From assembly GCA_976226885.1 (NCBI GenBank), contig OZ320313.1, positions 112,964,001 through 113,028,000 of the forward strand: DNA of 64,000 nt. Reading direction: 5' to 3'. The stretch is from Iphione sp. A-MEVVRFRX5 (lineage: Eukaryota). Position numbers and translations under genes: made by a program. The notes under the pieces are model-generated. The model was not told the DNA's origin and ran no database searches. It saw only the letters and a list, made by a program, of their open reading frames with translations. Below, piece after piece: positions 51,101 through 63,800 of the stretch. Every line of letters begins with the position of its first letter. Position 1 is the first letter of the stretch.

Positions 51101-54100
51101 GTATATGTATTTCTCCTGCACGTACCTGCACCTATGTACCTGTGACACCGCGACCACGGGGCATGGAGAAGACGGCGAGCCCCCCCCCCCCCCCCATCCC
51201 CAGGTCTCCATTATCTCCCTCACTATCGGCTTCTACTCGACTCTCAAACCTTACAAGAACTCTATGCTTGCATACGCCCACAGATCTCTAGCCTAATCAG
51301 CGCCATCTATCGCAGGTGCCTGCAGGCAATAGGAACATGTTATGTATCAAACACGCCGCCGACACTTTGCCCTACTCTAGTTCTCCGCAGGAAGGGGAGG
51401 CCAAGAAGCACCATCCTCCCCCTCCCCGTACCTCCGCCCCGCACCTGTGCCCTGGAGGTGGCATGCGGCCACAGGCGATTGTCTTTAAGAAAGCCAGGAT
51501 CAACGCATCCTGGAGCCACGACCATGGAGATAACAAGCACCGCCGCTGGAGGACGCACCAGCAGGCCACAGTGGGGCATTCACCACGAGGTGGCGACAAA
51601 GAAACGGATGGCCGCACCTTGCTTGAACCCTGTTACCACCTGGCCGCAGGGTGTCTCCTTCAAGACACCAATGGTAGGTCATTAGAGACAAATTCCACGA
51701 GAAAATGTGTCTACATTGAGGCAAATTCTTACCGGACAGTTTCTTATGTCGCCCTCTGACGTGGCATTACGCAGAAGATGACCAAATCCCTCTCCTGGGT
51801 AGGCATGCAGTCCGTCGACTGGCGTCTCAGCAAGGGCCGCTTTGGTTTGGCTTCTGGAAAAGAAAAAAAAAACAATTTCTGAACAAGGGCGCTACTTCAT
51901 ATGATAATCATACAATCGTCATAAACCTTTAAAACCACATCGTCATGACAGGCGCGCCATGTGAGATCTGGGATACATCAACTGAATAAATGAAATGCTG
52001 ATGAGCTGAAAGTCGCTTCATCTCAGGACATTCCGCATTCTGATATCCAAGAACCACCTGGTGTCGGATAACTAAGCCGAAAAGATGCGCTGAAGTACTG
52101 GCTGCTTGTCAGCGAACTCCACTTCGATGGCCTCTGGCCTCGGGGGAGGGGGGCGGTTGTTTTCTTTGTTGCTTCTCGTGGCCTCTAGCTTCAAGATGGG
52201 CACCTGTCCACTGGCTATTTCCCGAGGAGACTCCTCATTACGCTCAGTAAGGACAAATACCCTGGAGAAATTTCACTTTGACTTTGATGTGGCAAAACAC
52301 TTTCGGTATCGACTATTCGTATCCTATAGCCAGAAGAAATGCCCCGGGTGTTTCACTTCGCGAAAATCATGCCAAATATGTATTTTTGCACCGGACTGTG
52401 AGGGTATGAACCCACCAGATTCATACACATCACATCGCTACAGTACCATGCATATATAAATAGGCTTCTTTAAAAGGACTGCCGAAAATTTAGTTGCAAA
52501 ATGATGTGTTAAGTGTAGGTATTTAAACGACTCGAACTAGGATGGTTAGCAGTTGAATAACTGCATACATAAATGTATAGAGAGCAGTTTCCATTAACTG
52601 CAGGTTTCCTTCCTACTGACGAAAAAACGGGATCCAGGCTGCCTAAGAGGAGTGCAAGGATGATGACAATGGCTCAGAACGTAATGGACTTAATCGAGTC
52701 ATTTTCAGATGGAGCAACACGTCATTCCAATAAATCAATTATAACATGTTCGCCAAGCTAGACCTTGTACTTTCAGACGGTAATTTTACAATATGTGTTT
52801 AAAAGAAACTGGAATGTTTACGTTCTTATGGATACGTCTGGGAGAGAACGTATTAGATGAGTTCACCGTTTCACAAAACCACCACTACATTATGCCAACA
52901 TTTTCTTCCTTTCTGAAGAATGCAGGTTAGCCTGTGCACCTGAATCTAATGCTATGGTGGCCTGTTGAAAAACAACCTGTGGGGTTTATCCGTAAATGAC
53001 TACCATAGGTGGACTACAAAATTAACTCTTTGGCAAGGTCCCTTCTTCAAGCTCGACTTCCAAATTATTGCAGAAAGGACCCGTCACAGACTGTCAAGTG
53101 GCCATTTGGCCGATGGAAATCTAAGCACGGGGCAGGTGCTTTACCACTTTGCGTGCCGCTTGAGCCTAGGCTCTGGTGGCTGCAGGAGTAAGACGGTTAC
53201 GTAAAATGCCCAGACCTGGTCGACAAATGCTAGCACTAACGGTAAACACTGCCGTCTCTGGTCTCGCCTGTCTGCCCGTCCCAAATGCAGCGTCTCAGAC
53301 ATGTATATTAACATGTACCACGCGCAGTATGGGTCGGACTAACAGATGTAGTATTGTATCATATGTCTAGGTTCCCATTTCATACCTGAGAACTCACAGC
53401 TACGGAACCTGCGGTGAGTAATACACATCTATGTGCCGAAACCGGAGAATGGAAGAAGTATTAACGGTTGGTAAGACGGGGGAAATGACCGACGAAAAGA
53501 AAGAAAAAGAAAGTCAAACAAGTACCCTCGACAGTTTCCGGACAGAGAGTGACCGAAGAATAAAGAAAAAAGAAGGTAACAGAAATGGCTTAGATGGTAG
53601 TTTGGAGGAAGGAGACTAGACAATAATAATATTTGTTGTGATGTAAAAAAAAGAAAAGAAAAACACCGGTGAATGAATCAAGGAAAGAATAAACTAATGC
53701 TCAACTTCGCACGACTCAACATTTCCTTATATGCAGGGCATGCCGTATACAATCCATTAAACAATTAGGAAAGGCTCCACTTTCGATATTTCCGGATAGC
53801 CCTACTTGCTGAGAAGGGAGCGCAGGTATAGGTCAATGGTTTAGGTCCTAAGTGGTTACTGGACCTTTTGCACAGGTCCTCATCGATTGCCAAGTTCTCT
53901 ACGTCTATCATTTATTCACAGTGGTATCGATTGATGTAATAGCGATCATAATGAGCTGTTTGTCAATTTGTCCGCAAGGCTCGACTCCATGGGAAGTAAA
54001 AGACTTTATTGACCTGGCTGGCTGCTTGGTGGGTGGGTATCAATGATCAATAAGCGAAACGGACTATTAATCAAAAGCAGACTGTTTTGGCTCTACACTT

Positions 54101-57100
54101 AACGAGGCTTTTATGGAAAGCATGTACCTTAAACCACAAACTATAAAAAAAAAAGTGAAACAACAGTTGTAAAGACTTCAGCCTGCCCGTACAAAATGGA
54201 GCGGCCACATGGGAAAACTTGAATTTATACATGTATATGCATAAATTATATGTATATCAGTCATCGCAGTTAGATGCTAAATACTGTACCACTATAAGCC
54301 AAAGAACTTATCATGGTAGTAGGAAAAAGAAATCACATTATACTCACACAAGTGCACTAGCTGACACATAGTGGACCATTTGCGTGAAAGGCAGAGGCTT
54401 GGTTGTGGCGCCACACTGACAAATAATCTGGAAAACAAAGAAAGAAACATATGACCCTTGGTCTCAGAAAAGTGGTCATTTGGAAGGAAGTAAATGCACA
54501 CTGCTGAAACAAAAAGAGAAACACATCCATCTTTCCTACCTTTCAGAAAAAACTAATCGCCTTTTTCCCCGCGCATAGGCACTTTGAAGAAAACAACCCC
54601 ACGATGTTGATTAAGCCCCGCAAACAATCTTTAATTCAAAGAGAGAGATAGTTCAGAACAATATTAGAACAATAGCTATTTGCTATGGTCGTTCTCATAT
54701 TTGTTTAATTCCTTTTTTCTCCATGTAAAAGAGCTATGAGAAATATATCTCTTTCTGTCCTTCTCCTACTTCCTGACGGAACCGAATCACTTTCCTGGTC
54801 AGGACTGTCCTAACTGACCAGGTTCACTCGGTGTGGAGGGTCAGTTTAGGGGTTGCCGTCGGTGCATTTTCCTGGGGTCAGCAGCATGTTGCACACAACG
54901 GACTGTCAGTTTGGGCCCACGCCGTAAACACACTCTTTCCACAAGTTTTCCCCTTCGGTGATCCGTGGTTAAACCCTTACATACTATCAGAGGGTTTAGA
55001 GGAAAGAGAGCGGTCTGTGTACTGCGCAATCTACCCTGTCATTATGACGGATGAGTGAAAGATCAGCGTTTACAAAGCCCCCTATCAACTCCTGCGTGGC
55101 TTCATCAACAAGGACTACAGTCTCAGAGAGTTGTGAATACCTCCAGTGGCTCCTGGAGGAACGAACCTTCACACTAAGCCGTGTCTATAGCTTCCTATGC
55201 GGTTCCCTTAAGTGAACTTCAAAGGCCTGTAATCATTCTATCAATCTATTTTCAGAAATCACGATTTGGACTGACGTCTGTAATCTTAGCGACACAGCGG
55301 GGAATGACAATGTTATACAAACAATAATAGCTTAATAGCAGTAATTATTGAACTCTGATATCATATAGCATGACCAGCTGTATAGATTGTTTTATATTTT
55401 AAACTAAATACACAATCGGTTCTCATTCAGAAATAATCGGGCCTAGTGGGGTTGGGAAAGAACATTAAGAAAAACAAAAATATACATGTAAAATGCATGT
55501 ACGCACTGTGCAAACAACGACTGTAGATACTCTTGGGCCGAGGCTCTGTGGTGACAATGTTCCAATCTACTACAACTTCACTGCAAGAACTGTAAGATGT
55601 TTTGATAGATGAGGACTCCCAGGTGAGGTCTGTCGCAGACTGGCCGTGTTCTCACGTCCAGGTCGTCACACACTCCATAAAGTGACGGTTTCGCGCCAAG
55701 CCACAGACATGGGTACAAGGCCTCTTATTTGCATCTCAGCTGCAGAAGATGTCAGAGCCCCGCCATCGGCCCCTTAGCCCAGAATGTCGCACATGTTTTC
55801 CTAACCTGAACCCAACCTCGCCAGTGTCACCCCATGTTTCAGGAGAGAACAAAACCTTTGACCCCAGTGGTAACTGGCATAAGCTGTTGCTGATGTTGTC
55901 CAAGGGGGGGTGGGGGTGGGGGTGGGATGAAACACCTACGAATGTACGTTCGGATGCGGTGAATAGCCTCACCGAACTCTTTGGAGAAAGGGTTGTGATG
56001 GCGGCAGTGGTCATTATAAATCGAACTACTAAGTCAGAGGGAAACCGGCCAGAGGGGGTAATGTCAGGTGACTGAGATCCCTTGTAAGGGAGCCGCACAT
56101 CCTGCCCCCCCCCCTAACTTTTACACCGGAAAGGAGAGATTTTATCCAATACACGGTAAGATACAAATTATTAAAAAAAAACTGTCTGTCATTTAAAAAA
56201 AATCCCTAGTCAAGTTAAGCTAGATGCTGAAAGTGGCCAAGAAGCGCTGCCTGTTACAGAAAGTTCAAGCTCTACTTGGCGCGTGGATCGAAGGTCAAAT
56301 TTAATTGGTGAAGCGAGGCAATTTCGTATTAATTCCAATTAAATATTCAACGGTAAACGAAATTGATTATTCTGCTGGTAGGATCTCCAGGGTAAAACGC
56401 CCATATAAAGAGTGGTTTGGGGGGGGGGGGAGAGGAAGGGTATCCCTGGCTGGGAAGAGGGGGTCAGAGTCTGGGAAACGGGAAGGGAAGCAGGGTGCCC
56501 CCAGGCCACAGCTGAGAGCCGCTTGGGGGTGTGATTGCCCAACTCGACGCCAAACCCACGGCCGTGGGAACCGTCCAATCGACCACTCCCACAGTCTTCA
56601 CTCAAGCAGAACTACTACAAGTCTTATCCCCACACGGTGCTAGCTCCGTCGCCGCCGATATGCCGTCCTCAGAAGGGTTTTGATTTGCTTTGCCCGTGAT
56701 GTTTTCCGTGATTAACAAGCTATAGTGTGGCAGTTGTGAAGTGAGGTGGGGGTTAGGCGTCAGCCAAACACTGGCGAGAATTTCGATTTAATCGGTCTAT
56801 TCATCAAGTAAATCGCAATGTGTTGAATTAAGGTTCAAACTGAATCCATTAACAAAACTGGTGAATACCTATATACAAAATAAATGTATATATATACATG
56901 TCTATGATTATTAATACCTTGTTTTGAAGACTAGTAAACCGTCAAAGATCAGAGTGTAAGAGGGCAACTGGTCGTCTTTTCTCACAAAAATGTGACGGGT
57001 AAATAAATGACTATCTCCGGGTAGATTAAAGGGCGACTGAGTATAAATTAGGCGTGGGATAAGTCCTCGCCCTCTCGTGCGTACTGTCCGGAATATGAAC

Positions 57101-57811
57101 TCGGCTGAAACAAAAGCTTTTGGCAACGGTCGCGGTAAGCCCACCTGGCAATAGACTGGCGGTAAAAGGTTAAACGTCTAATTACGACGCCTTCACCCTA
57201 GCGACCACCTAGTTAGCCATTCTTGAGTGTCTGCTAGCAAGAAAGATGCTGTGTATTTACCGATCAATGTAGAAAGCCCAATTATTCTGCCGCTTTCACT
57301 TCTGCTATTGTTGTCAGGAAACGTTCTCGTTGCTATTGTTAAATTTCTTCCACAACTGAATACGTTCGCTTCCAACTGAACTAATCTCACTGAAGGCCTT
57401 CTGATATACAGGTATACATGTACATGTACATCCAACCCTCATTTTCCCCCAAAAAAAGTTCCGTTCCAGACTGTTCGAATATGAGGTTTATCCAGATATG
57501 GCAACACACCAGTCTACATTATTTCAGCCAAAGTACTGGGGTATGGGTAAAATGCTCCAACAGAATTGGTCTAAATCTCTGCTGGGGCCAGTGAAAAAGC
57601 TTGAATGGTAACACTTCGTAAATACGCATACAATGGTAAAATACAAAATTGCTTCCAAAAGAGTACCAGTTCCTAACCAAAAAAATCATGAACGCACCTG
57701 TTCAACAATGTTCATGGCGAACTTCTTATGTGGTATACAATGCGGGGCATTGCAGCGGTCTTCCGACTCGTCGTTAGCGATGTGGAAGTGGATCCTGGTT
57801 AAAATATTCTC
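22100..57811 (-). CDS. USP54: USP53/USP54 (echinus) family deubiquitinase, USP54-like; 13 coding exons in window, 5' end outside window
   Basis: Spliced exons give [20 protein letters not shown]...[37 protein letters not shown]/...[47 protein letters not shown].../[41 protein letters not shown]...[13 protein letters not shown], collinear with the USP53/54 catalytic domain as I recall it. The MIT-like segment favours USP54. All introns are GT-AG and phase-consistent. One-to-one orthology to USP54 versus USP53 is not proven. Confidence 0.9.
25258..25271. promoter_or_regulatory. RFX X-box-like palindrome
   Basis: GTTGCCATGACAAC versus consensus GTTNCCATGGNAAC (one mismatch); motif match only. 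Confidence 0.4.
26917..26951 (-). CDS. USP54: USP54-like 35-nt micro-exon ([12 protein letters not shown])
   Basis: cAG|GA...GAT|GTAAGT. Phase 1 in, phase 0 out, no stop. It bridges the phase-1 upstream exons to the phase-0 terminal exon. The acceptor pyrimidine tract is weak. Confidence 0.55.
28123..28209 (-). CDS. USP54: USP54-like 87-nt internal exon ([29 protein letters not shown])
   Basis: Strong acceptor tttgatttgtcttttgcAG and donor CGG|GTGAGT; phase 1-1, open frame. Confidence 0.75.
31196..31696. mobile_element. PIF/Harbinger-type (Tourist-like) MITE, 501 bp, intronic
   Basis: 16-bp TIRs GGCCCGGTTTCAATAT and ATATGGAAACCGGGCC (15/16 match), with TTA target-site duplication at 31193-31195 and 31697-31699. 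Confidence 0.8.
32502..32543. repeat. Imperfect (AT)n microsatellite
   Basis: Read directly from the sequence. Confidence 0.9.
34752..36223 (-). CDS. USP54: USP54-like large polyQ/His-rich exon (1472 nt)
   Basis: Acceptor ttttaccttttctAG|T (phase 2), donor TCAG|GTAAGG (phase 1); lies in the supplied ORF 34738..36339. Confidence 0.88.
36732..36903 (-). CDS. USP54: USP54-like exon, second half of MIT-like helical domain
   Basis: ttttttccAG|GT...AG|GTAAGA; translates [44 protein letters not shown]. Absent from the ORF track. Confidence 0.88.
37215..39773 (-). CDS. USP54: USP54-like giant exon (2559 nt), disordered Q/P/S-rich region plus start of MIT-like domain
   Basis: Acceptor ttttttgtgttattaAG|GA ATG, donor ACAG|GTGAGT; matches the 871-aa ORF 37156..39771. 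Confidence 0.9.
40082..40250 (-). CDS. USP54: USP54-like exon, end of USP domain
   Basis: ctttcttcatcatcAG|ATG...AAC G|GTGAGT; [26 protein letters not shown]. Confidence 0.95.
40437..40586 (-). CDS. USP54: USP54-like exon containing His-box and Asp motif
   Basis: ctgcAG|CTC...GAG|GTACGC; [50 protein letters not shown]. Confidence 0.96.
40677..40713. repeat. Short tandem duplication, 20-bp period
   Basis: acatttgttggatttac at 40677 and 40697. Confidence 0.75.
46695..46708 (+). promoter_or_regulatory. CTCF core-motif match
   Basis: CCGCTAGGGGGCGA versus CCRSYAGRKGGCRS (13/14); motif match only. Confidence 0.45.
46720..46733. promoter_or_regulatory. RFX X-box
   Basis: GTTCCCATGGTAAC matches GTTNCCATGGNAAC exactly; a second near match GTTTCCATGGAAGC lies at 46644-46657. 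Confidence 0.45.
48173..48267 (-). CDS. USP54: USP54-like USP-domain exon
   Basis: tttttgatctgtttcAG|TG...GAC|GTAAGT; [31 protein letters not shown]. Confidence 0.93.
49810..49867 (-). CDS. USP54: USP54-like USP-domain exon (58 nt)
   Basis: ttttttttcAG|AGT...GTT G|GTGAGT; [19 protein letters not shown]. Confidence 0.92.
50562..50575 (-). promoter_or_regulatory. CTCF core-motif match
   Basis: Minus strand GCTCTAGGTGGCGC (12/14 to consensus); motif match only. Confidence 0.3.
51733..51853 (-). CDS. USP54: USP54-like USP-domain exon
   Basis: ttttttcttttccAG|A...CCG|GTAAGA; [40 protein letters not shown]. Confidence 0.92.
54348..54427 (-). CDS. USP54: USP54-like USP-domain exon (Zn-ribbon Cys)
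   Basis: tttctttgttttccAG|ATT...GT|GTGAGT; [26 protein letters not shown]. Confidence 0.94.
57698..57811 (-). CDS. USP54: USP54-like USP-domain exon, most 5' exon found in window
   Basis: ttttttcAG|GAG...CAG|GTGCGT; [38 protein letters not shown]. Confidence 0.95.
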
Positions 57812-60800
57812 CTGAAAAAAACAATGGGAAAGATTAAATATGATGTCAAACTTTATAGTCACAACGTCTTTCAAACGGTAAAATAATACGTGAGGGAAAA
57901 CAAAACAGATGGCCTAGTGCATTTTAAGCACGCTTGTTTACCATCCTGCCGGGATTGAACTAATCTTTGCGCACAATGCCCCATTTGTCCTACGATGAAT
58001 TAAAGAGAAAAAGAGGTGCTAAAAACGTTATGTCTATTACTCGCCATTACCCCATTAGTTCCTGCTATGACCACAGTCCAAATTTGTCAGTAACCATCTG
58101 TTCTTCATTTGAACATATTCAATGGGCTTCACAGAAACACCTTTTTGGGCTGTCTGGATGGGAGAGAAAATTGTTTAATGCTTTACCTCTGAATGCACTT
58201 TATTTGTCGCGAGTTAGTAATCACATAAGCTGCCATACGTCCAGAAAACCCCTCGGCAATTTCTAAATTCATCAGCTAAGCCATATGTCAACACCAAGAA
58301 ACCTTTACCATCCATTCTCCCTCCTCCCTTAGTAAAAAGCTGCATCCATGTGAGTCCGAGATAGGTGCGATCTTCAAAGATTGCCTTTACTATACTTAAC
58401 GCTTATCTCCTCTCCACAGACATTCTCTGGACAGCATGTTTTCACTCAAAGCTTTGCCACATGTTCCTCCTTCTGACTCAGCACAAGGGACTCCTGGCTC
58501 TGATAAGACGGCGAAATTTGGAAGGACGAGGAGGGAGGCATCAACTTGGGCTGCTTGTAGTTCTTTCTGTTTCCTGACATATGTGTGAATACGCCCACTG
58601 ACTTGAATGATGCTGGTGCCATAACCCTTACCCAAAAAAATCCCCACAAAATTCTGAACCAGCAGAATGGATATGAAATAGCCTCCATTGAGAATGATCT
58701 TCCTTGTCATAAAAGGTTCTAATGTACATCGTTTTTTTTTAGGGTAGAATCTTTGTACGAGATAAAATCTCAAATGCACGCAGCACAATGTGATGGAGGA
58801 ATTCATCTCTATATACGTATACTTCCAGACAAAACTATTGCCTCTTGAAATCTTATGGGACAATTAGGTCTCCCCTCTCAATACATTACCGTAACGCGTG
58901 TTGCATGAACGTGTGATTTGCTTGCATAACTGAAGCGCTAGCATGACAGACGTTGCTGTTAGTGAATCGGCTCCGAAGGCCACATAGAGACGGAGATGAT
59001 CTGTCAGTTAAGATCACTGTTACCAGGACAAAAGCATGCGTTATACAACAACGCACAACACCACTCCCACATAGCAATGCGTACAATTCACGCTGGAAAC
59101 GGAGACACAAACTAGAGGAAATCAATGCGAGCAAGCGAAGGAGATCAATCCAATCAGGGAAGTCGGTGGAACACCGCCTGCTCCGCATTCCAAAAGCGAT
59201 ATTCTCGTAGAACTTTGAAATCGAAAATACTGAAGAATACGAGAAAAACATCATATGCAGGCCTCTTTGTTTTTCTGCAGCAGCAGCCGCGGCGGCAGTT
59301 AAAGAGTACAACCTAACAATGGCATTGCCGCGAGAAATAGTATGCATATGCCGTTACTAATCTATGAAAATCGAAGTTGACGTCCGTGATTTTAATAACG
59401 GAAGTAGTATAACTGGTAATAACACACCATGAACAAATATGGGGAGCCTACTTTGAAGACCGTTCTCTCGCTGACTGAGCTCGATATAAATGGACCAAGA
59501 TTAATTGCTGTGTGGCTTCATCGTACATGCATGAGACCGCAAGCATGAAAGGGAAACAATGAAGCATGTACGGGGAGTAGGGCTGGTCTGTGCCAACATG
59601 ACAGCTATGACGGGGCATACAAGCTTCAAGACCACTTTCACCACTAATGTGTAAGTCAAATAATCGGAAAAAAAACCATACAGGACCTTCTTAAAAAGAT
59701 GTGTTCAGTACTCAAACCGAAGGCCTGCCACTCGTTGACTTTTTTAGGTGGTGGTGGGGGGGGGGGCATTTAAGTTTGCATCACAGAAAATAAGCCAATG
59801 TTGGAGAGTCCGACGATGGTTCAATCCTGATCCTAGCGCATAACGCGGGGAGACAAACACAACCTGGTTGCGTTCAAACACTTCGGGGTTCGGCAATCCC
59901 GTTCTAAATCAAGAGTGAAAAGGTACTAATCCCAGCTACGTGAGAACCTTACGCCGAGTGGCCTAGTGTCAATCAAGCAGATCGTGCCGATGCTCTTCGC
60001 TGTTTTACTTGAGTGGTTCATCTTAAGGCCAAGTGTTCTGAACGCACACGTTTAAATTCGCCCTTTAGATGAGATGTATGTACCCAGGTGGCCACGAGGG
60101 ATAATACCTAACACTGGCTTTTGTGACAGGTAGGGCTAACCAGGTTGGGGTCTTATGAACACACGCACACACTCACACACATACATACATATATTTATAC
60201 ATATGTGTGTGTACTAGCTTCACATGACCTGCGGGAACAGTGAAGTCATCAACCTGTGCAAACTCTTTTGTCCGGAACAGCAAGTCAGACCCAATTCAAA
60301 CTTCGGGACGTTACTTCTTATCAAAAGAAATGATATATACAATGTAGAGGGAGCACAGAAACCTACTTTCATTGGTAAACTAGTACAAGCATATTCACAA
60401 CATCGGATATGTTCAAACCCTTGTCGTTCTCCATGTTGTCTCGGTCTACCTCATGCTTTATCTGAAGGTTCTTTATCTGAGCTCTCCTGAAGAAGCGGGG
60501 ATTACCATGTGAGTGTTTTCCTCGCAGTGGAAGGTACGGGGCTGCTGGCTCAGTTAAAGATGTGACTAGGGTGAAGAGCCCCAGCCTCTCCAACACCTGT
60601 CATGCACGCCTGCACCCCTGGCCTGATCTATGAACGATTAGTGTGGAGCGACGCATAAACAGTGGACGAATAGAGGCTCCACCTGCTAGAAGCTGACCAT
60701 TGGGGCGGTCTGTGTTTACATTGAAGTGACCATCAACACGAAAAGCCCCTCACCAAAGGTCAGGGAATCAATCACGCCGGCTGGTCGACGATTGAAATTT

Positions 60801-63800
60801 AAGTCCAGTAAGGAGATGCCCCTGGCCACTGCATACACTGTCCAGACCCCCCCCCCCCCTTAAAAACAGTCGGTTGAGATTCAAGAACAATGCGCTATCG
60901 TTGGTCATAAAGAATGGTCCAGATGACACGTACTGCATATGACCCAGGGTTTATTTTCTATTTATATGTATGGGGTACTGATCATTATGACGAATAGGTG
61001 ATGTAATTCAGTATAATTAAGTACATGCATTAGGAGCCCATCAAGCCGTCTGGTTGCGTTTTTTTGGGGTCAAAAACCGGCTGAATATTCCTATTCCTGT
61101 CGAGTCAGAGAGAGTGTGTGTGTATGAGTGTGTGCGCGGACTATGGCGACTGTCACCCTGTACAGTACAGACACATTAGAGTACTGGGTGCCTAAGGGGA
61201 TGACACGTCCAGGGGCCTGCCAGCGGCTCAATCAGGTAGCTCATCTTAGGTACCTGTCAGCGCCGCTCCAATGTGAAGTCAAACGTGCCCAAACTCCACC
61301 TCTTCCCCAAACCGGTCGCCTATTCTATTAGAACCAAGCCACTTTGGTAACCAGCGCCCCACCCACCAAATCACACACATCCTTTACCACTAAGGCTCTT
61401 GGTGTGTTATTTTTTTAAGGTGGGGGTGCTCCAGGCAGCTTCCCTAGATAATGACCGGTTGTTTGGTGAGGCGCAGACAAACGGGAAGAAGCGAGACATG
61501 GAGGAGAAGATGCAGAGGGGTCAGCATCGACAGAGGGCGCGCTATTCGTTCCATCCTGTCCCCCTCTCCTCCCTGAATTCTCTTAAAAACTACCAAAGCA
61601 ACAAAACATTTCCGCTTCGGGAGGGTTGATAAAAACATTTGAAACCAATTACCGCGAAAGATCGTTAAGCCTCCATTTTTTCTCGAGATTTTAGCAACAC
61701 TAGTAAAGCCAAAAAACACACACACCAAAAAAGACTGCCTTCCCCATCACAATAGCCACTCGTCAAACTAATAACAAATATCTTTTTAAAATTTCTATTC
61801 TGGGGATGGATGTAAATGACCCCAGGCTGAAAACAACCCAGGGACAACTTCATGCACGCCATTTTGTTATGAGGGCAGCGTCCAGGTCCGTTTAGGAATA
61901 CCGCTCAGTGTGGCGGCCGTTGTGACCATCGTGTCGTTTTCCGCCACGGTCGGATGAACTTTTACAACAGAGTTGTCAACGCACATGCATATGCTGCCAA
62001 AATGCATGGCGCACGCATGTATGCTAAAACTACTCTCATGTGAGTCATAAAAAAAACTCTACGGTGTAAAAACTGCACGACTTGCGAATACTCCAAGTGA
62101 CACTTGCATGAGAACATAATATCCCAATCTGAGACAAGCAAATAACTCATTAAGCTATCAGAATCACATGCCGTGCATAATGGTGTCCTCGCGCTCAATC
62201 GATACATGTAGAAGACTGGTTATTACTATGTAATAATTATTCTGAACCTGCACTAAGTGAATCTCGTGAATAATAAAAGCCTACGTGTCACAGGTCAACT
62301 ACAGATGGGTCTTTACGGTAAGAAGACGTAGACATAATGGCGTGTCTCAGGGCTGACCTCACACTTGATGCGTCAGTATGGACATCCACGCGTGGATTTA
62401 GTTCTCCATTCGTGAGTGCTTACAACTTTTGAAACCGTCGTCTCATCAAGACTAAATTCAATCCTTCAACCAGCAGTGACAGGTCGTTTGGAAAGACACC
62501 GTTTCTGTTTAGACTCAAGTTGTCCATATATAAGTAGAAGGATAGCAGTACCTCAGGTGAGCCCCACCTTCGCCAGAGACGCCAGGTGTGTATAGTGTCC
62601 AAGGGTATCCTTACCATGCAATTACCTTACCCAACTGCAACAAGGTACGGCGGTGTCTGGTTCATTAGACTCTCCTGACACCTAATGGTCTCTACATTCA
62701 AGTGTCACTTTTGGCCGTGAACACTGTTCTGTGTCTCTGGGGCAAACACACACGCACAGTCTATAGAGTAGCATCCATTTAGGTTAATGACGACAGTCTG
62801 CAAATGGCCCTGTCGAGATGGGAGGCGCTACATTGGCGATAATTGATCTAATTATGTCTGGATGCCCTAAAATGGCGGTACATCGCAGTCAACGACCCGG
62901 GTGAGCAGGAGTTTTGGTCCTTCTGCCTATTTTATTTAAGCAATCAGGTTGATCATACTTCCTTGAGTTAGGGAAGACAGGAAGATAATAGAAATCTTGG
63001 CTGTAAAATGGAGGAAAGTTCTGGTAACTGCCAAGTAAGTATACAGCGTAGGAGTCCATATGGATGATGAACCCATTTGAGAACATCAAGTTTCAAATTT
63101 GTTCTAATTTCAGCTGTCAAAGATTTGGTGGCACAATATCTACTCTTATCTTTCCCGTGATTAACTCAAGATTTGTGCCCAGCCTCTCAGGTGAGTCACC
63201 GACAGATGCCATCTGGGACTATCCCACATATCAGGGACGTAGGGCTGGGTGGCAGGCAGGATTGTGGTCAAACAGGCGTGTACAGGCGTGGTCTGCCAAG
63301 ACACCCCCTACGGCTACAGCTACAGAGGCAGGTACTAGTGATAGCACAACGCGGTGAGGATCCACGTGCGGTCCCCCACCCTCCCTACAGGGCCGGTGCT
63401 GTCACCTGGCGGTCGCCGGTGGGAAGGAGAGCGACCCCTGGTGGCGTCAGTAGAACCCCAGTGGACTCAGTATACCATCAGCATATGTACATATAATTCA
63501 AGAAAGGTCTATGAAACTGTCACTGCATATCCATGAAAAGTGCCGCTCTTTCCAGGCACGTGTAGTACCCACAGCAGATAAACTTAATACCAAAAAAACG
63601 GTCTTCCAACTGCAACAAGAATACGACAAAGGAAGAGCGTTCGTGGTGAAAACCGAGAAGGCAATGGTACAGTGACGTTTATTACCTGAAAGGTGCACGT
63701 GCTGTTGGGGTTTGGTGAACGGCGCGGGGGTTAATAAGCGAGCTGTCACCTGGTGAGCGTGGTTTTGCACCGGAGCTCACCTGGAAGGAAAAGGCCAGAG

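Noticed and set aside
58396-59347. Minus-strand ORFs of 155 and 153 aa as upstream USP exons
   Set aside because: No match to the expected N-terminal USP motifs (Cys box, LWHLD, DDAAECF), and composition is not coding-like.
60369-62617. ORFs 60369..60596 and 62420..62617 as USP 5' exons or death-effector-like fragments
   Set aside because: Resemblance is vague, splice signals are poor, and none of the missing USP motifs is present.
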